From positions 19,840,001 through 19,904,000 of the forward strand of contig NC_043024.1 in NCBI RefSeq assembly GCF_006345805.1: a stretch of DNA of 64,000 nucleotides, written 5' to 3'. This document shows positions 49,520 to 60,918 of the stretch, one piece after another; position 1 is the first letter of the stretch; every line of letters begins with the position of its first letter. The DNA is from Octopus sinensis (Eukaryota). A program made the position numbers and the translations under genes. Under the pieces are notes generated by a model. The model searched no databases. It had not been told where the DNA came from and saw only the letters and a list, made by a program, of their open reading frames with translations.

Positions 49520-49981
49520 CCTCATTGATATGACTGTCCCAATCGATATAAACGTATCTGTCAGGACCTACCAAAAACTGAGCAAATATAAAGATCTCGA
49601 AATAGAAATCAGCAAAATGTGGAACCTGAAGACTAAAACAATACCTGTTGTCATAGGTGCCCTGAGAATGATAACAAAAGGGGCTGATTGCTACCTAACT
49701 CAGATACCAGGAAACCCCAAAATGGCAGAAATTCAAAAGATAGTGCTCATGGGAACTGCTCATATCCTATGCAAAATACTCTCTATGTAATCCCAAGGTT
49801 TAAAACAAACTTTTTTTTTTAAATTTATTTATTAGACATTCACTAGTACAACACCAAAAAAAACCCAAATATATGGCACTAGGCATAACAACAACGTGAA
49901 CTTCCAACCTGTTGTCTCTTGAGGTCTCTGGGTGAGACTTGGAGCCAACTTGAACAGACATAAAGCAAAAGTCAAACATAG

Positions 49982-49982
<1 letters not shown>
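49520..49982 (+). mobile_element. R4/Dong-like RLE LINE 3' end within (TAA)n
   Basis: LIDMTVPIDINV...KLSKYKDLEIEISKMW...IPVVIGAL...IQKIVLMGTAHIL; stop at 49788-49790; (TAA)n on both sides. Confidence 0.9.
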
Positions 49983-50017
<35 letters not shown>

Positions 50018-50170
50018 AGTAATCCTCTGCGATAGGTGAAAATCCACGATATAGAAACGGTGTACTGTGTTTTTTTCATTATTTTTATAATTTGTATATA
50101 TTTGTCTTATCATAAATGCAAAACAGTACCATGGGGAAATCGACGTAAGCTTAAATAATAAACCACAATA

Positions 50171-50233
50171 GGTAAACCATGACAGGTGAACCATGACAGG
50201 TGAACCATGACAGGTGAACCATGACAGGTGAAC
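50171..50233. repeat. 14-bp tandem GGTGAACCATGACA x 4.5
   Basis: Directly visible. Confidence 0.97.
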
Positions 50234-50336
50234 TTCAATATGGTGAGGGATCACTGTTCTGCAATTTTAACCCCAGAAGGAGATCTCCACAAGCTGGGTT
50301 TATTCAATGCACTTTTGCACTTGATATTTATTGCAA

Positions 50337-51367
50337 TAAGGTGGCGAGTTGGCATAAACGTTAGCACGTCAGGTGAAATGCGTAGCCATATTTCGTCTGC
50401 CGTTACGTTCTGAGTTCAAATTCCACCGAGGTCGACTTTGCCTTTCATCCTTCCGGGGTCAATAAATTAAGTACTTGTTATGCACTGGGGTCGATGTAAT
50501 CGACTTAATCCGTTTGTCTGTGCTTGTTTGTCCCCTCTGTGTTTAGCCCCTTGTGGGTAGTAAAGAAATAGGTATTTCGTCTTCTATGTTCTGAGTTCAA
50601 ATTCCGCCGAGGTCAACTTTGCCTTTCATCCTTTCGGGATCGATAAATTAAGTACCAGTTGCACACTGGAGTCGATATAATCGACTTAATCCATTTGTCT
50701 GTCCTTGTTTGTCCTGTCTGTGTTTAGCCCCTTGTGGGTAGTAAAGAAATAGGTATTTCGTCTGTTTAAGGTGGCAAGCTGGCAGAAACGTTAGCATGCC
50801 GAGCGAAATACGTAACCGTATTTTGTCTACCGTTAAGTTCTGAGTTCAAATTCTGCCGAGGTCGACTTTGCCTTTCGTCCTATCGGGGTCGATAAATTAA
50901 GTACCAATTACACAATAGGGTCGATGTAATCGACTTAATCCGTTTGTCTGTCCTTATTTGTCCCCTCTATGTTTAGCCCCTTATGGGTAGTAAAGAAATA
51001 GGTATTTCGTCTGCCGCCACGTTCTGAGTTCAAATTCCGCCGAGGTCGACTTTGCCTTTCATCCTTTCGGGGTCAATAAATTAAGTACCATTTATGCACT
51101 GGGATCGATGTAATCGACTTAATCCGTTTGTCTGTCCTTGTTTGTCCCCTTTGTGTTTAGCCCCTTGTGGGTAGTAAAGAAATAGGTATTTCATCTGCCG
51201 TTACGTTCTGAGTTAAAATTCTGCCGAGGTTGACTTTGTCTTTCATCCTTTCGGGGTCGATAATTTAAGTACCAGTTACGCACTGGGGTCGATATAATCG
51301 ACTTAATCCGTTTGTCTGTACTTGTTTGTCTCCTCTGTGTTTAACCCCTTGTGGTTAGTAAAGAAAT
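50337..51367 (+). mobile_element. SINE family A, 5-unit concatemer (two full heads)
   Basis: Heads at about 50337 and 50768; headless units restart at GGTATTTC; flanks GATATTTATTGCAA / GATATTCATTACAA (12/14). Confidence 0.9.
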
Positions 51368-51829
51368 AGATATTCATTACAAGTGGGAGAGAACTCCTGC
51401 CACCCTAGCTCCGAGACCATCAGACTATATGATTTTGATCTTATTGGATATATGATAATCCATCTTTGGAAACTGGATCTTAAAGAACATATCAATCTAT
51501 AAGAAACAGCATGAGAATATTGGATTGATAAACATTTTTTCCTTATATCTGAAAGGGTTTTTCCAGCCCGGTATTTAAATGCTGTTATTTATAGAATTAT
51601 ATAGAATTAGATATACTTCAGGACCTAGTTCCAAAAATGAATAATTATGCCACATTCTATTCAAAATTTATGAATTCTTCTGACGCCAATAAGACATATG
51701 ATGTTTTAGGCAAAAAAAAAAATCCCCAACTAAATTTCGCTTCTTATCACCGCAAAGCATCGTATTCTTTAGGGTTACATTTTCAGAACACAAATATTTA
51801 CATTTCATATCAATAACTGCACAAGGCAC

Positions 51830-52094
51830 ATATATATATATTTATATAAATATATGGATATGTATATATATATATGGATATGTATATATATATAAATATA
51901 TATATATATATGGATATGTATATATATATATATTTATATTTATATTTATATATATATGGATATGTATATATATATGGATATGTATATATATATATATGGA
52001 TATGTATATATATATATATATGGATATGTATTATATATATATATATATGGATATGTATATATATATATATGGATATGTATATATATATATATAT

Positions 52095-52140
<46 letters not shown>

Positions 52141-52260
52141 ATATGTATATATATATATATGGATATGTATGTATATATGGATTTGTATATATATATATAT
52201 ATATATCCATATACATATATATATATATCCATATATATATACATATATATATATATATAT
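51830..52260. repeat. (TA)n with recurrent GGATATG interruptions
   Basis: Directly visible. Confidence 0.95.
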
Positions 52261-53032
52261 GGCATCCGAAATTAATCCATGTTAGAAAGTATTTTGTGTG
52301 TGAATTGCATAATCTCATAAAAAAACATCTTTCTTCAGCTTACAACATTAAAAAAAACAAAAAACAAAACAAAATGATGATGATGATAATGACAATAATA
52401 ATGGTAATAATAATGAAAGAGAGAGAGAGAGAGAGAGAATAAAAGATGAAAAATATCAAAAATAGCAGAAGCAGAGTTTGAAAATAGGTATTCACATAAA
52501 TCTGCAATTTGGAGGACGGATAACGACTATAAAGATCGGTGGAATGAATTTTCATAAAGAAACAGAGGATTTGAAAGCATAAACGTTTTTATAGCAGGCT
52601 TTGAGAGATGCTTTTGGTGCCACAATGCGAAACTATCCATTCTAAAGTATTTGTAGTTAAATTAATGCTTTCCATTAGAATTTTTATGGAAGAATTTTTC
52701 ATTGATTTATGTTTGAAAACATCATTTTAATGATGACAGGTTTGGTTTTGTTTGATTCTCTGTTTGTTTGTTTTACTTCTGTTTCTCCATGTCTGCATGG
52801 GTTAGACAAATATGTTACAGAGGGATTCTTTTACAGCTGGGCGCCCTTCTTGTCACTAACCCTTAATCAATTTTCAAGTAAGGGATATTTTATTCAATAT
52901 ATAGCTTTGGAGGTATGAAGTAGGGACTTCATTTTTGTTGCTGGGGCCAACTGATGACAACAACAGTGTTATCGGTTCTTCCAATGCTGCGACCTTCATA
53001 GAGGATGAGTAAGAGGTAAACACACTCTCATA

Positions 53033-53063
<31 letters not shown>

Positions 53064-53404
53064 ACACACTCCACACACACATACCTACACACACATACAC
53101 ACACATGCACACATGCACATACTTACATGGTGTTCAGGATAAACCGGACAATTTGCGTAAATGGAAAAGAAAACAATATCCCATCCAAAAACAAAAGTAT
53201 ACAAACAAAGAAAAAAATATTAGGGAAACTAAAGAGAGAAGGGCTGCATGGAATGAAAGAGTCCCACTGGTTCCTGATTCTATGTTTACATTCCCCCCTT
53301 TTCAACAGAGGATCTCATGCCAGTATTAGCCTAATATACCCCACCCCAGGGCCAACAAAAAGTAAACTTGCAAACCCAGTCATCCTCAGAGCCATGAAGA
53401 ACAA

Positions 53405-53600
53405 ACACCGCATGTGTTGGCGATTTTTTTTCCTCTGTCTTCCCTTCTCTGGATCTTTCCTTCTCCTGTGTTTCTGACGAAGAGCTCCGCTCGAAACGAT
53501 AAAACCTTCCTTCTTCCCTTCCTTCCTGAGCATCCAATAATACTATATTTGTTCCACATCCTCGCGTTGTTGTGTTTTCATGTTTGGATTAACTATATAT
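53405..53600 (+). mobile_element. Penelope-like terminal-repeat fragment carrying a hammerhead motif
   Basis: Pyrimidine-rich repeat with CTGACGAAGAGCTCCGCTCGAAAC, ending in (TA)n; class inferred from the minimal hammerhead known from Penelope-like elements. Boundaries approximate. Confidence 0.6.
53470..53505 (+). ncRNA. Minimal type I hammerhead ribozyme-like motif
   Basis: Stem I GUUU/AAAC, core CUGACGA plus one extra A, stem II GAGC-UCC-GCUC, GAAA, 1-bp stem III (A-U closing CGA), putative site AUA|. Confidence 0.62.
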
Positions 53601-53606
53601 ATATAT

Positions 53607-53960
53607 ATCATCATCATCATCATCATCATCGTTTAACGTCCGTTTTCCGTGCTAGCATGGGTTGGACGGTTCGACCGGGGATCTGGGAAGCCAGAAGGCT
53701 GCACCAGGCTCCAGTCTCATCTGGCAATGTTTCTACAGCTAGATGCCCTTCCTAACGCCAACCACTCCGTGAGTGTAGTGGGTGCTTTTTACGTGCCACC
53801 TGCACTGGTGCCAGGCGAGGCTGGCAACGGCCACGGTTGGATTGGTGTATTTTATGTGCCACCGGCACGGAAGCCAGTCGAGGCGGCGCTAGCATCGGCC
53901 ACGAGTCGGATAGTGCTTTTTACGTACCACCAGACCAGGGATCCTGGCTGGTTCAATTCG
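53607..53960 (-). mobile_element. RTE 3'-tail element
   Basis: (ATC)nGTTTAACGTCCG...; reverse complement of the LINE 3' UTR. Confidence 0.88.
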
Positions 53961-54028
53961 ACTTATATATATATATAATATATATATATATCTGTAAATG
54001 TAATATGTGACAATTATTCGGTAACCAT

Positions 54029-54089
54029 GACAAAACTCCGAGTTTCAGATGCTGAGGTGGAAAACCATGCCGCCATCTCTTCAGTTATC
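54029..54089 (-). ncRNA. Type I hammerhead ribozyme-like motif with long loop II
   Basis: Reverse strand GAUAA-CUGAAGA-GAUG(22 nt)CAUC-U-GAAA-CUC-G-GAG-U-U-UUGUC: all three stems pair; one extra U before GAAA. Confidence 0.55.
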
Positions 54090-54489
54090 CAGCCATCCTG
54101 AGCAAAAGGGCAAAAGCTCGATCTCAATTTTCAGTACAGATAAATTCCTCTATTTACATAATATCAAGGTCTCTTTCATTTTTTGTTCTCGTCTAAACTA
54201 AACTTGCTGGTTCATGGTACACCCACCCTCTCACCTCCTCCACCTTTACAGGAAGTTCCTATCCTCTTTCTTCCTTGTTTGTCTCCCACGAACACTTCGA
54301 AGGGCCTAATGCCATCCCTATCCCTAAGTAGGGTTTATTGATCATATAGCGCATAAAAATGGTGTAGTGTATGTGGGTTGTAGTCTAGTGTTTCTTTATG
54401 AATTCTGCCAAAGGCAAGCTTTCTTTTCAGGAACATGACACTGCTGTCCCTCATCCCAGGGTCTCACAGGCTCACACCTCCCACACCCT

Positions 54490-54876
54490 CAGATTTGGCA
54501 CATGTTACAGGATTTTAGTCCTTGGGTACAGGGTAAATAGGGTAAAGACCCCCTTCGGCCATGAATAACCATGGGGTTGCCCTTAGAAAGTTCCCCTCTG
54601 AGGCGCAGGTCCGGGAAAGATTGTTTATGCAAGACTGATAGTAACCCACACATACCAGCCTCTCCTCTCCATACCGCTGATGTTATCCAAGGGAAACTGT
54701 AAAGGCTGATGCAGCTTGGCATCAGTGATGGGTTGGAACTCATTTCTACAGCTGAGTGAACTGGAGCAACATGAAATAAAGTGTCTTGCTCAAGAACACA
54801 ACACGCAGCCCTGTCTGGGAATTGAGCTCACAACCTCATGATTGTGAGCCAGACACTTTAACCATGCACCTTCACT
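54490..54876 (-). mobile_element. SINE family C-like, near full length (a + strand relative lies at about 55455-55700)
   Basis: Head TTCTTGAGCAAGACACTTTATTTCA..TTGCTCCAGTTCACTCAG is shared between the two loci and with 14660-15388. Confidence 0.8.
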
Positions 54877-55903
54877 GTCCTTGGGTAGCAACACTTATTT
54901 CCTATTTTCTTGCCTCTAGAAAGAATGGAAAATGGTTAATATTACCTTGAGACTTTGCTTTTGTTATGATATTTAGTCAAACCCCAAAGAATCCTTCTTA
55001 ACTATAATGCTCCCCCACTACTTCTGCTCTTGATCAGAGATGCACATATTATCAGCCACTAAGGGACGTGCTCAAGTGATTAAGGTCAAGCAACTGACAA
55101 GCAAATCTATGGTATTGAGCAGAATATTTGCTATAACGTATTGTCAGCCACTAAGGGACATGGTCAACTGGTTAAGGTCAAACAACTGACAAGCAAATCT
55201 GTGGTGTTGAGCAGAATATTGTTTGGCAATTCAGTGCTGAATCTGTCTGAGATGTAATGAAAGATAGGTGAGTTTCAAAACATTGATGTCCAGGAGACAA
55301 AAGCAAAGTTTGAAGGGAATAGCAGTCATTTCCTTTGATGTCTAGATAGAAACTGATAAGAAATAACAGTTACTGACCAAAGACAACCAAACAAATCTTT
55401 CTCGAGGCAAGCAAATAGGAAATAAGTGTTGCTACCCAAGGACAGTGAAGATACATGTCTGGTTCACAATCATGAGGTAGTGAGCTCATTTCTCAGACAG
55501 GGTTGTGTTCTGTGTTCTTGAGCAAGACACTTTATTTCATATTGCTCCAGTTCACTCAGTTGTAGAAATGAGTTCTAACATCACTGGTGCCAAGTTGCAT
55601 TGGCCTTTACCGTTTCCCTTGGATAACATCAGAGGTATGGAGAGGAGAGGCTGGCGTGTGTGGGTTACTATCAGTCTTGGCATTGTGCAGAATATTTGTT
55701 ATAACGATATTTCTGCTTCAGCAACTCAGCCCTGAATTTGTATGAAATGTAATGGAAAATAGGTGAGTTTGAAAACATTGATGTCCACGTGAGAAAAGCA
55801 AAGATTGAAGGTGACAGTAGTGATTTCCTTTGATTTCTAGATAGGAGCAAATAGGAAATAACATTCATTGATTAAAGACACAAGAAAATACAAATTTTGT
55901 TAA

Positions 55904-56124
55904 CCCTTTCGTTACCAACCCGGCTGAAACCGGCTCTAGCACTGTTGTACAAATGTCTTGCTTTCATAAGTTCTGAATTAAAATCTTCCACCAAACCTTA
56001 GTCACAATTTATGTTCCTAAAACTAGCTTAATGATAACTAAGTTATTTTACTAAATTCTTTGTTATATTTAACGTAATTGAAAGAAACACTGAGCATCTC
56101 AAAATAAATAGAGTAATGAAAGGG
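55904..56124. mobile_element. piggyBac-type MITE (221 bp)
   Basis: TTAA TSD on both sides; TIR CCCTTTCGTTAC / GTAATGAAAGGG (11/12). Confidence 0.88.
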
Positions 56125-56514
56125 TTAAACAGTGTAAGTTCACCAATATCTTTACTTAAATACTTTATGACACGAAGACCAAATCGAAAATCATTTTTTC
56201 CTAGAGAATTTCCAAACTATTTACTGCTGACCTATTGATAGTTTTTACTATATATGTAAGGATAATATCGGTTCCATCCGTGGGTCATGTTGGAAGTGAA
56301 AGGCGAAAGATGTAGGGGTAGAATGCAGCATTTTTGAGAGTTCTCCACCGTTTCTCTTTTCTTGTACCCCCACCCCACTTCTTGCTATTCACCACCCTCA
56401 TCAATCATTCGTGCATTTCTACCTTTGTCTTTACTCCTCTCTGTCAATCTTTAGTCCCTACACCAACTTTCTATCATTCGTTGTCCTTCCATCATTGACT
56501 CATTCTGTCACATC

Positions 56515-56515
56515 T

Positions 56516-56549
<34 letters not shown>

Positions 56550-56581
56550 GCTGCTGCTTCTACTAACACTACTACTACTAA

Positions 56582-56621
<40 letters not shown>

Positions 56622-58700
56622 ACAACTACTACTGCTACTGCTACTGCTACTACCACCACCACCACCGCAGTAGTGATAGCAACACAGCAGCAGCAGCGAC
56701 AGTGGAAACAATAGGAATAGCAACAAGGGCAGCGATAGCAACGAAAGCAGTAGTAGCGGTAACAATAGAGATAGCAACGTGAGCGACAATTGCAATAGGA
56801 GCAGAAATAGCAACAAAGACCAAGAGCAACACAACAGCAACAACAGCGATAGCAACGATATATTTAGCAACAGCAGCAACAATGATCAGGAGTGCAACAG
56901 CAATAGCATCGAGAACAGTAGCAGTACCGACAACATCCTAAACAATAGCAACAGCAGCAGTATTAACGGCATCCTAAACAATAGCAATAGCAGCAGTACC
57001 AACAGCATCCTAAACAATAGCAATAGCAACAAACAGCAACAATAACAACAACAGCAGCAGCAGCAACCATGACAGTTGCAGCAATAGCAACAACAGTTTT
57101 CAGCAACAGCAGCAACAACGATTTGTTGCAAGAGCAGCAGCAATAGCAACAAAGACCGAGAGTGACACAGCAGCAACAACAATAGCAACGACAAATTTAG
57201 CAACAGCAACAACAACGATTCGTTGCAGGAGCATAATAGCAACAGCAACGACAACAGCAGCAGCAGTAGGAACGGGCAGCAGCAGCAACAATAGCAACAG
57301 CAGCAACAACGATAGTAGCAGCAATAGCAACAACAGTTTCAGCAACAGCAGCAACAACGATTCGTTGCAAAAGCAGCAGCAATAGCAGCAACAACAACAG
57401 CAGCAGTACCAACAAAATCCTAAACAGTAGCAACAGCAACGATCAGCAGCAGCAGTAGGAACGAGCAGCAGCAGCAACAGTCGCAGCAACACCGATTCGT
57501 TGCAGGAGCAGCCGCAATAGCAACAACAACGAACAGCATTCTAAACAATAGCAACAGCAACGACAACAGTAGCAGCAGCAGTAGGAACGAGCAGCAGCAG
57601 TAGGAACGAGCAGCAGCAGTAGGAACGAGCAGCAGCAGTAGGAACGAGCAGCAGCAGCAGCAACATCCTAAACAATAGCAACAGCAGCAACAACGATTCA
57701 TTGCAGGAGCAGCAGCAATAGCAACAACAACGGCAACGACAGCAACATCAGCAGCAGCAGCAGCAATAACGACAGTCGCAGCATTAGCAACAACAGTTTC
57801 AGCAATAGCAGCAACAACGATTCGTTGCAGGAGCAGCAGCAATAGCAACAACAACAACAACAGCAGCAATAAAAATGATCAGTTGTAGGAACAACAGCTT
57901 CAGCTACAGCAGCAACAACAATTCGTTGCAGGAGCAGCAGCAATAGCAACAACAGCAACAGCAGCAACGACAACAGCAGCAGTACCGACAACATCTTAAA
58001 CAATAGCAACAGCAACGAACAGCTGCAGCAGCAGCAGTAGGAACGAGCAGCAGCAACAACGTCAGCAGCAACACCGATTCATTGCAGGAGCAGCCGCAAT
58101 AGCAACAGCAACGAACAGCATCTTAAACAATAGCAACAGCAACGAACAGCTGCAGCAGCAGCAGTAGGAACGAGCAGCAGCAACAACGTCAGCAGCAACA
58201 CCGATTCATTGCAGGAGCAGCCGCAATAGCAACAGCAACGAACAGCATCTTAAACAATAGCAACAGCAACGACAACAGTAGCAGCAGCAGTAGGAACGAG
58301 CAGCAGCAGCAGCAACATCCTAAACAATAGCAACAGCAGTAGCAACGACAGTCGCAGCAATAGCAACAACAGTTTCAGCTACAGCAGCAACAACGATTCG
58401 TTGCAGGAACAGCAGCAATAGCAACAACAATAGGAACAGCAACGATCAGCAGCGGCAGCAACAACGATTCGTTGCAAGAGCAGCAGCAATAGCAACAACA
58501 GCAGCAATAAAAACGATCAGTTGTAGGAACAACAGCTTCAGCTACAGCAGTAAAAAAAAAAACGATCAGCAGCAACAGCAACAACAGCAGCAGCTAACCT
58601 GCTACACATCGTCAATAAACACCACAAGTAGCAGCAGCAGGTGCAGCATCAACAACAGCAGCAGCAACCGCAGCAGCACTAACAGCAGCAGCAGCGATAT
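56515..58700. repeat. Complex (CAG/CAA/TAG) satellite with recurring anchors and a 127-bp duplication
   Basis: About 11 copies of CGATT(C/T)(G/A)TTGCA.GAGCA; the segment starting CAATAGCAAC recurs at 58001, 58128, 58255. Confidence 0.9.
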
Positions 58701-59329
58701 TCCATCAGAGGTCTTTACCATTGAACAAAAATACTCCAGTCTACATAATACACTACAACCACCACCACCACCACCACCACCACCACTATTACTACTACTA
58801 CATGCTCTCCTTCGTTGCCTCTCTCTCTCACTCGCTCTTCCTCTCTCTCTCACTCTCTCCCTGCAAAGCCGTACTCCACAGAGTTTGGCACAGGCCGTGA
58901 TCAGAGTGACACTGGATCCCCTCTATATATACCAGCCTCTTTCTGTTACTAATCAACGTTGATGGTTGTAATTATTGTTTTTGTCCGTGACAGCCACGAC
59001 CACCACCACGAACACCACCACCACAACCACCACCAATACCACCACTACTACTGATACTACTACTACAGTCATTTAAACATTTAAAACAACTCAATACTAC
59101 AACACACGAAAAGGGTTCTGGCTGTATATACACACAATACAGTACACCGTACGTGTGCGTGTATATATATATACATACATACACATATATATGTGTGTGT
59201 GTGTGCACGCACGTTGCAGGCTAATGTAAGTTTCTTCTTATCTTTTTTGTTGTTGTAAGTGATGTTGTTTACCTGGGTTTTCCTACCGATGTAAATATGT
59301 ATGTGTGTGTATTTAACGATATATATGTC

Positions 59330-59332
59330 TAC

Positions 59333-59378
<46 letters not shown>

Positions 59379-59505
59379 GTCTATCTATCTATCTATCTAT
59401 ATCTATCTATCTATCTATCTGTCTGTCTATCTATTAGTCTGTCTGTCTGTCTATCTATCTATCTGTCTATCTATCTATCTATCTATCTGTCTATCTATCT
59501 ATCTG

Positions 59506-59544
<39 letters not shown>

Positions 59545-59545
59545 G

Positions 59546-59580
<35 letters not shown>

Positions 59581-59677
59581 GTCTGTCTATCTATTAGTCT
59601 GTCTGTCTGTCTATCTATCTATCTGTCTATCTATCTATCTGTCTATCTATCTATCTATCTGTCTATCTATCTATCTG

Positions 59678-59771
<94 letters not shown>

Positions 59772-59940
59772 CATCCATCTATCTATCTATCTATCTATCT
59801 GTCTGTCTGTCTATCTATCTATCTGTCTATCTATCTATCTATCTATTAGTCTGTCTGTCTGTTATCTATCTGTCTGTCTATCTATCTATCTATCTGTCTG
59901 TCTATCTATCTATCTATCTGTCTGTCTATCTATTAGTCTG

Positions 59941-59975
<35 letters not shown>

Positions 59976-60016
59976 GTCTATCTATCAGTCTATCTATCAG
60001 TGTATCTATCTATCTA

Positions 60017-60048
<32 letters not shown>

Positions 60049-60090
60049 CCTACCTATCTATCTATCTGTCTGTCTGTCTATCTATCTATC
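59330..60090. repeat. (CTAT/CTGT)n microsatellite
   Basis: Directly visible. Confidence 0.97.
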
Positions 60091-60715
60091 TTTTTTTTTT
60101 TACAGATCCCTTTTGAGCAGAATTTTACATTTGTTTCCTTTTTTTCCCCTTTTTCTTTTTCCATCTTCGAAAAGAAAAGCCCTACATTTGTATTTGTCCC
60201 CTCTGTGTTCAGCCCTGTGCAACCAATAAAGAAAGTTATCCATCCATCCATCCATCCATCTATCTACCCATCTTTCTAGCTACCTATGAATTTGACTCTC
60301 TCCCTCTGTTTTTTACTGTATATCCATATATATATTTATCTATCGGTCACACCGTGTATCTAACCATCTATCTGTATATATATATATATATCTATTTATC
60401 TATACATCTATTTATATACCCATCTGTGTGTATGTATACCCACATATGCATGTGTGCGTGTATATATATATATATATATATACATACATATATATGTGTG
60501 TGTGTGTATATGTGTGTATCTATGCATGTATGTATAACTAACTATATACTGATATCTATATCATTTATCTTTCGTTTGTTTTGGTCACTGGAGCATACTT
60601 GTATAATTTAACTTTTGTATATCTCTCTACCCATCTATCTATCTATCTATATATGTCTGCTTATGTCTGTCTTTCTACCTCTGTATCCATCTATACTGAG
60701 TGTGTATATATATAA

Positions 60716-60755
<40 letters not shown>

Positions 60756-60877
60756 TATATACTTAGTTTATTTATTATATACCTAATTGTTTTGTGTACC
60801 TCTCTATATCTTTCTATCCATGCGTTAGTATACATTTATCTTTATTTCCCTATCTTTACCATATATCTATCTATCTG

Positions 60878-60918
<41 letters not shown>

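Noticed and set aside
52905-53008. Open frame with AG/GTAAG borders
   Set aside because: Continuous with a degraded dispersed repeat related to 16800-17000 and 63050-63250; no homology recognised.
54252-54327. Candidate next exon (phase 1 to 2, SSYPLSSLFVSHEHFEGPNAIPIP)
   Set aside because: Splice sites plausible but the peptide is not FN3-like or otherwise recognisable; cannot be supported.
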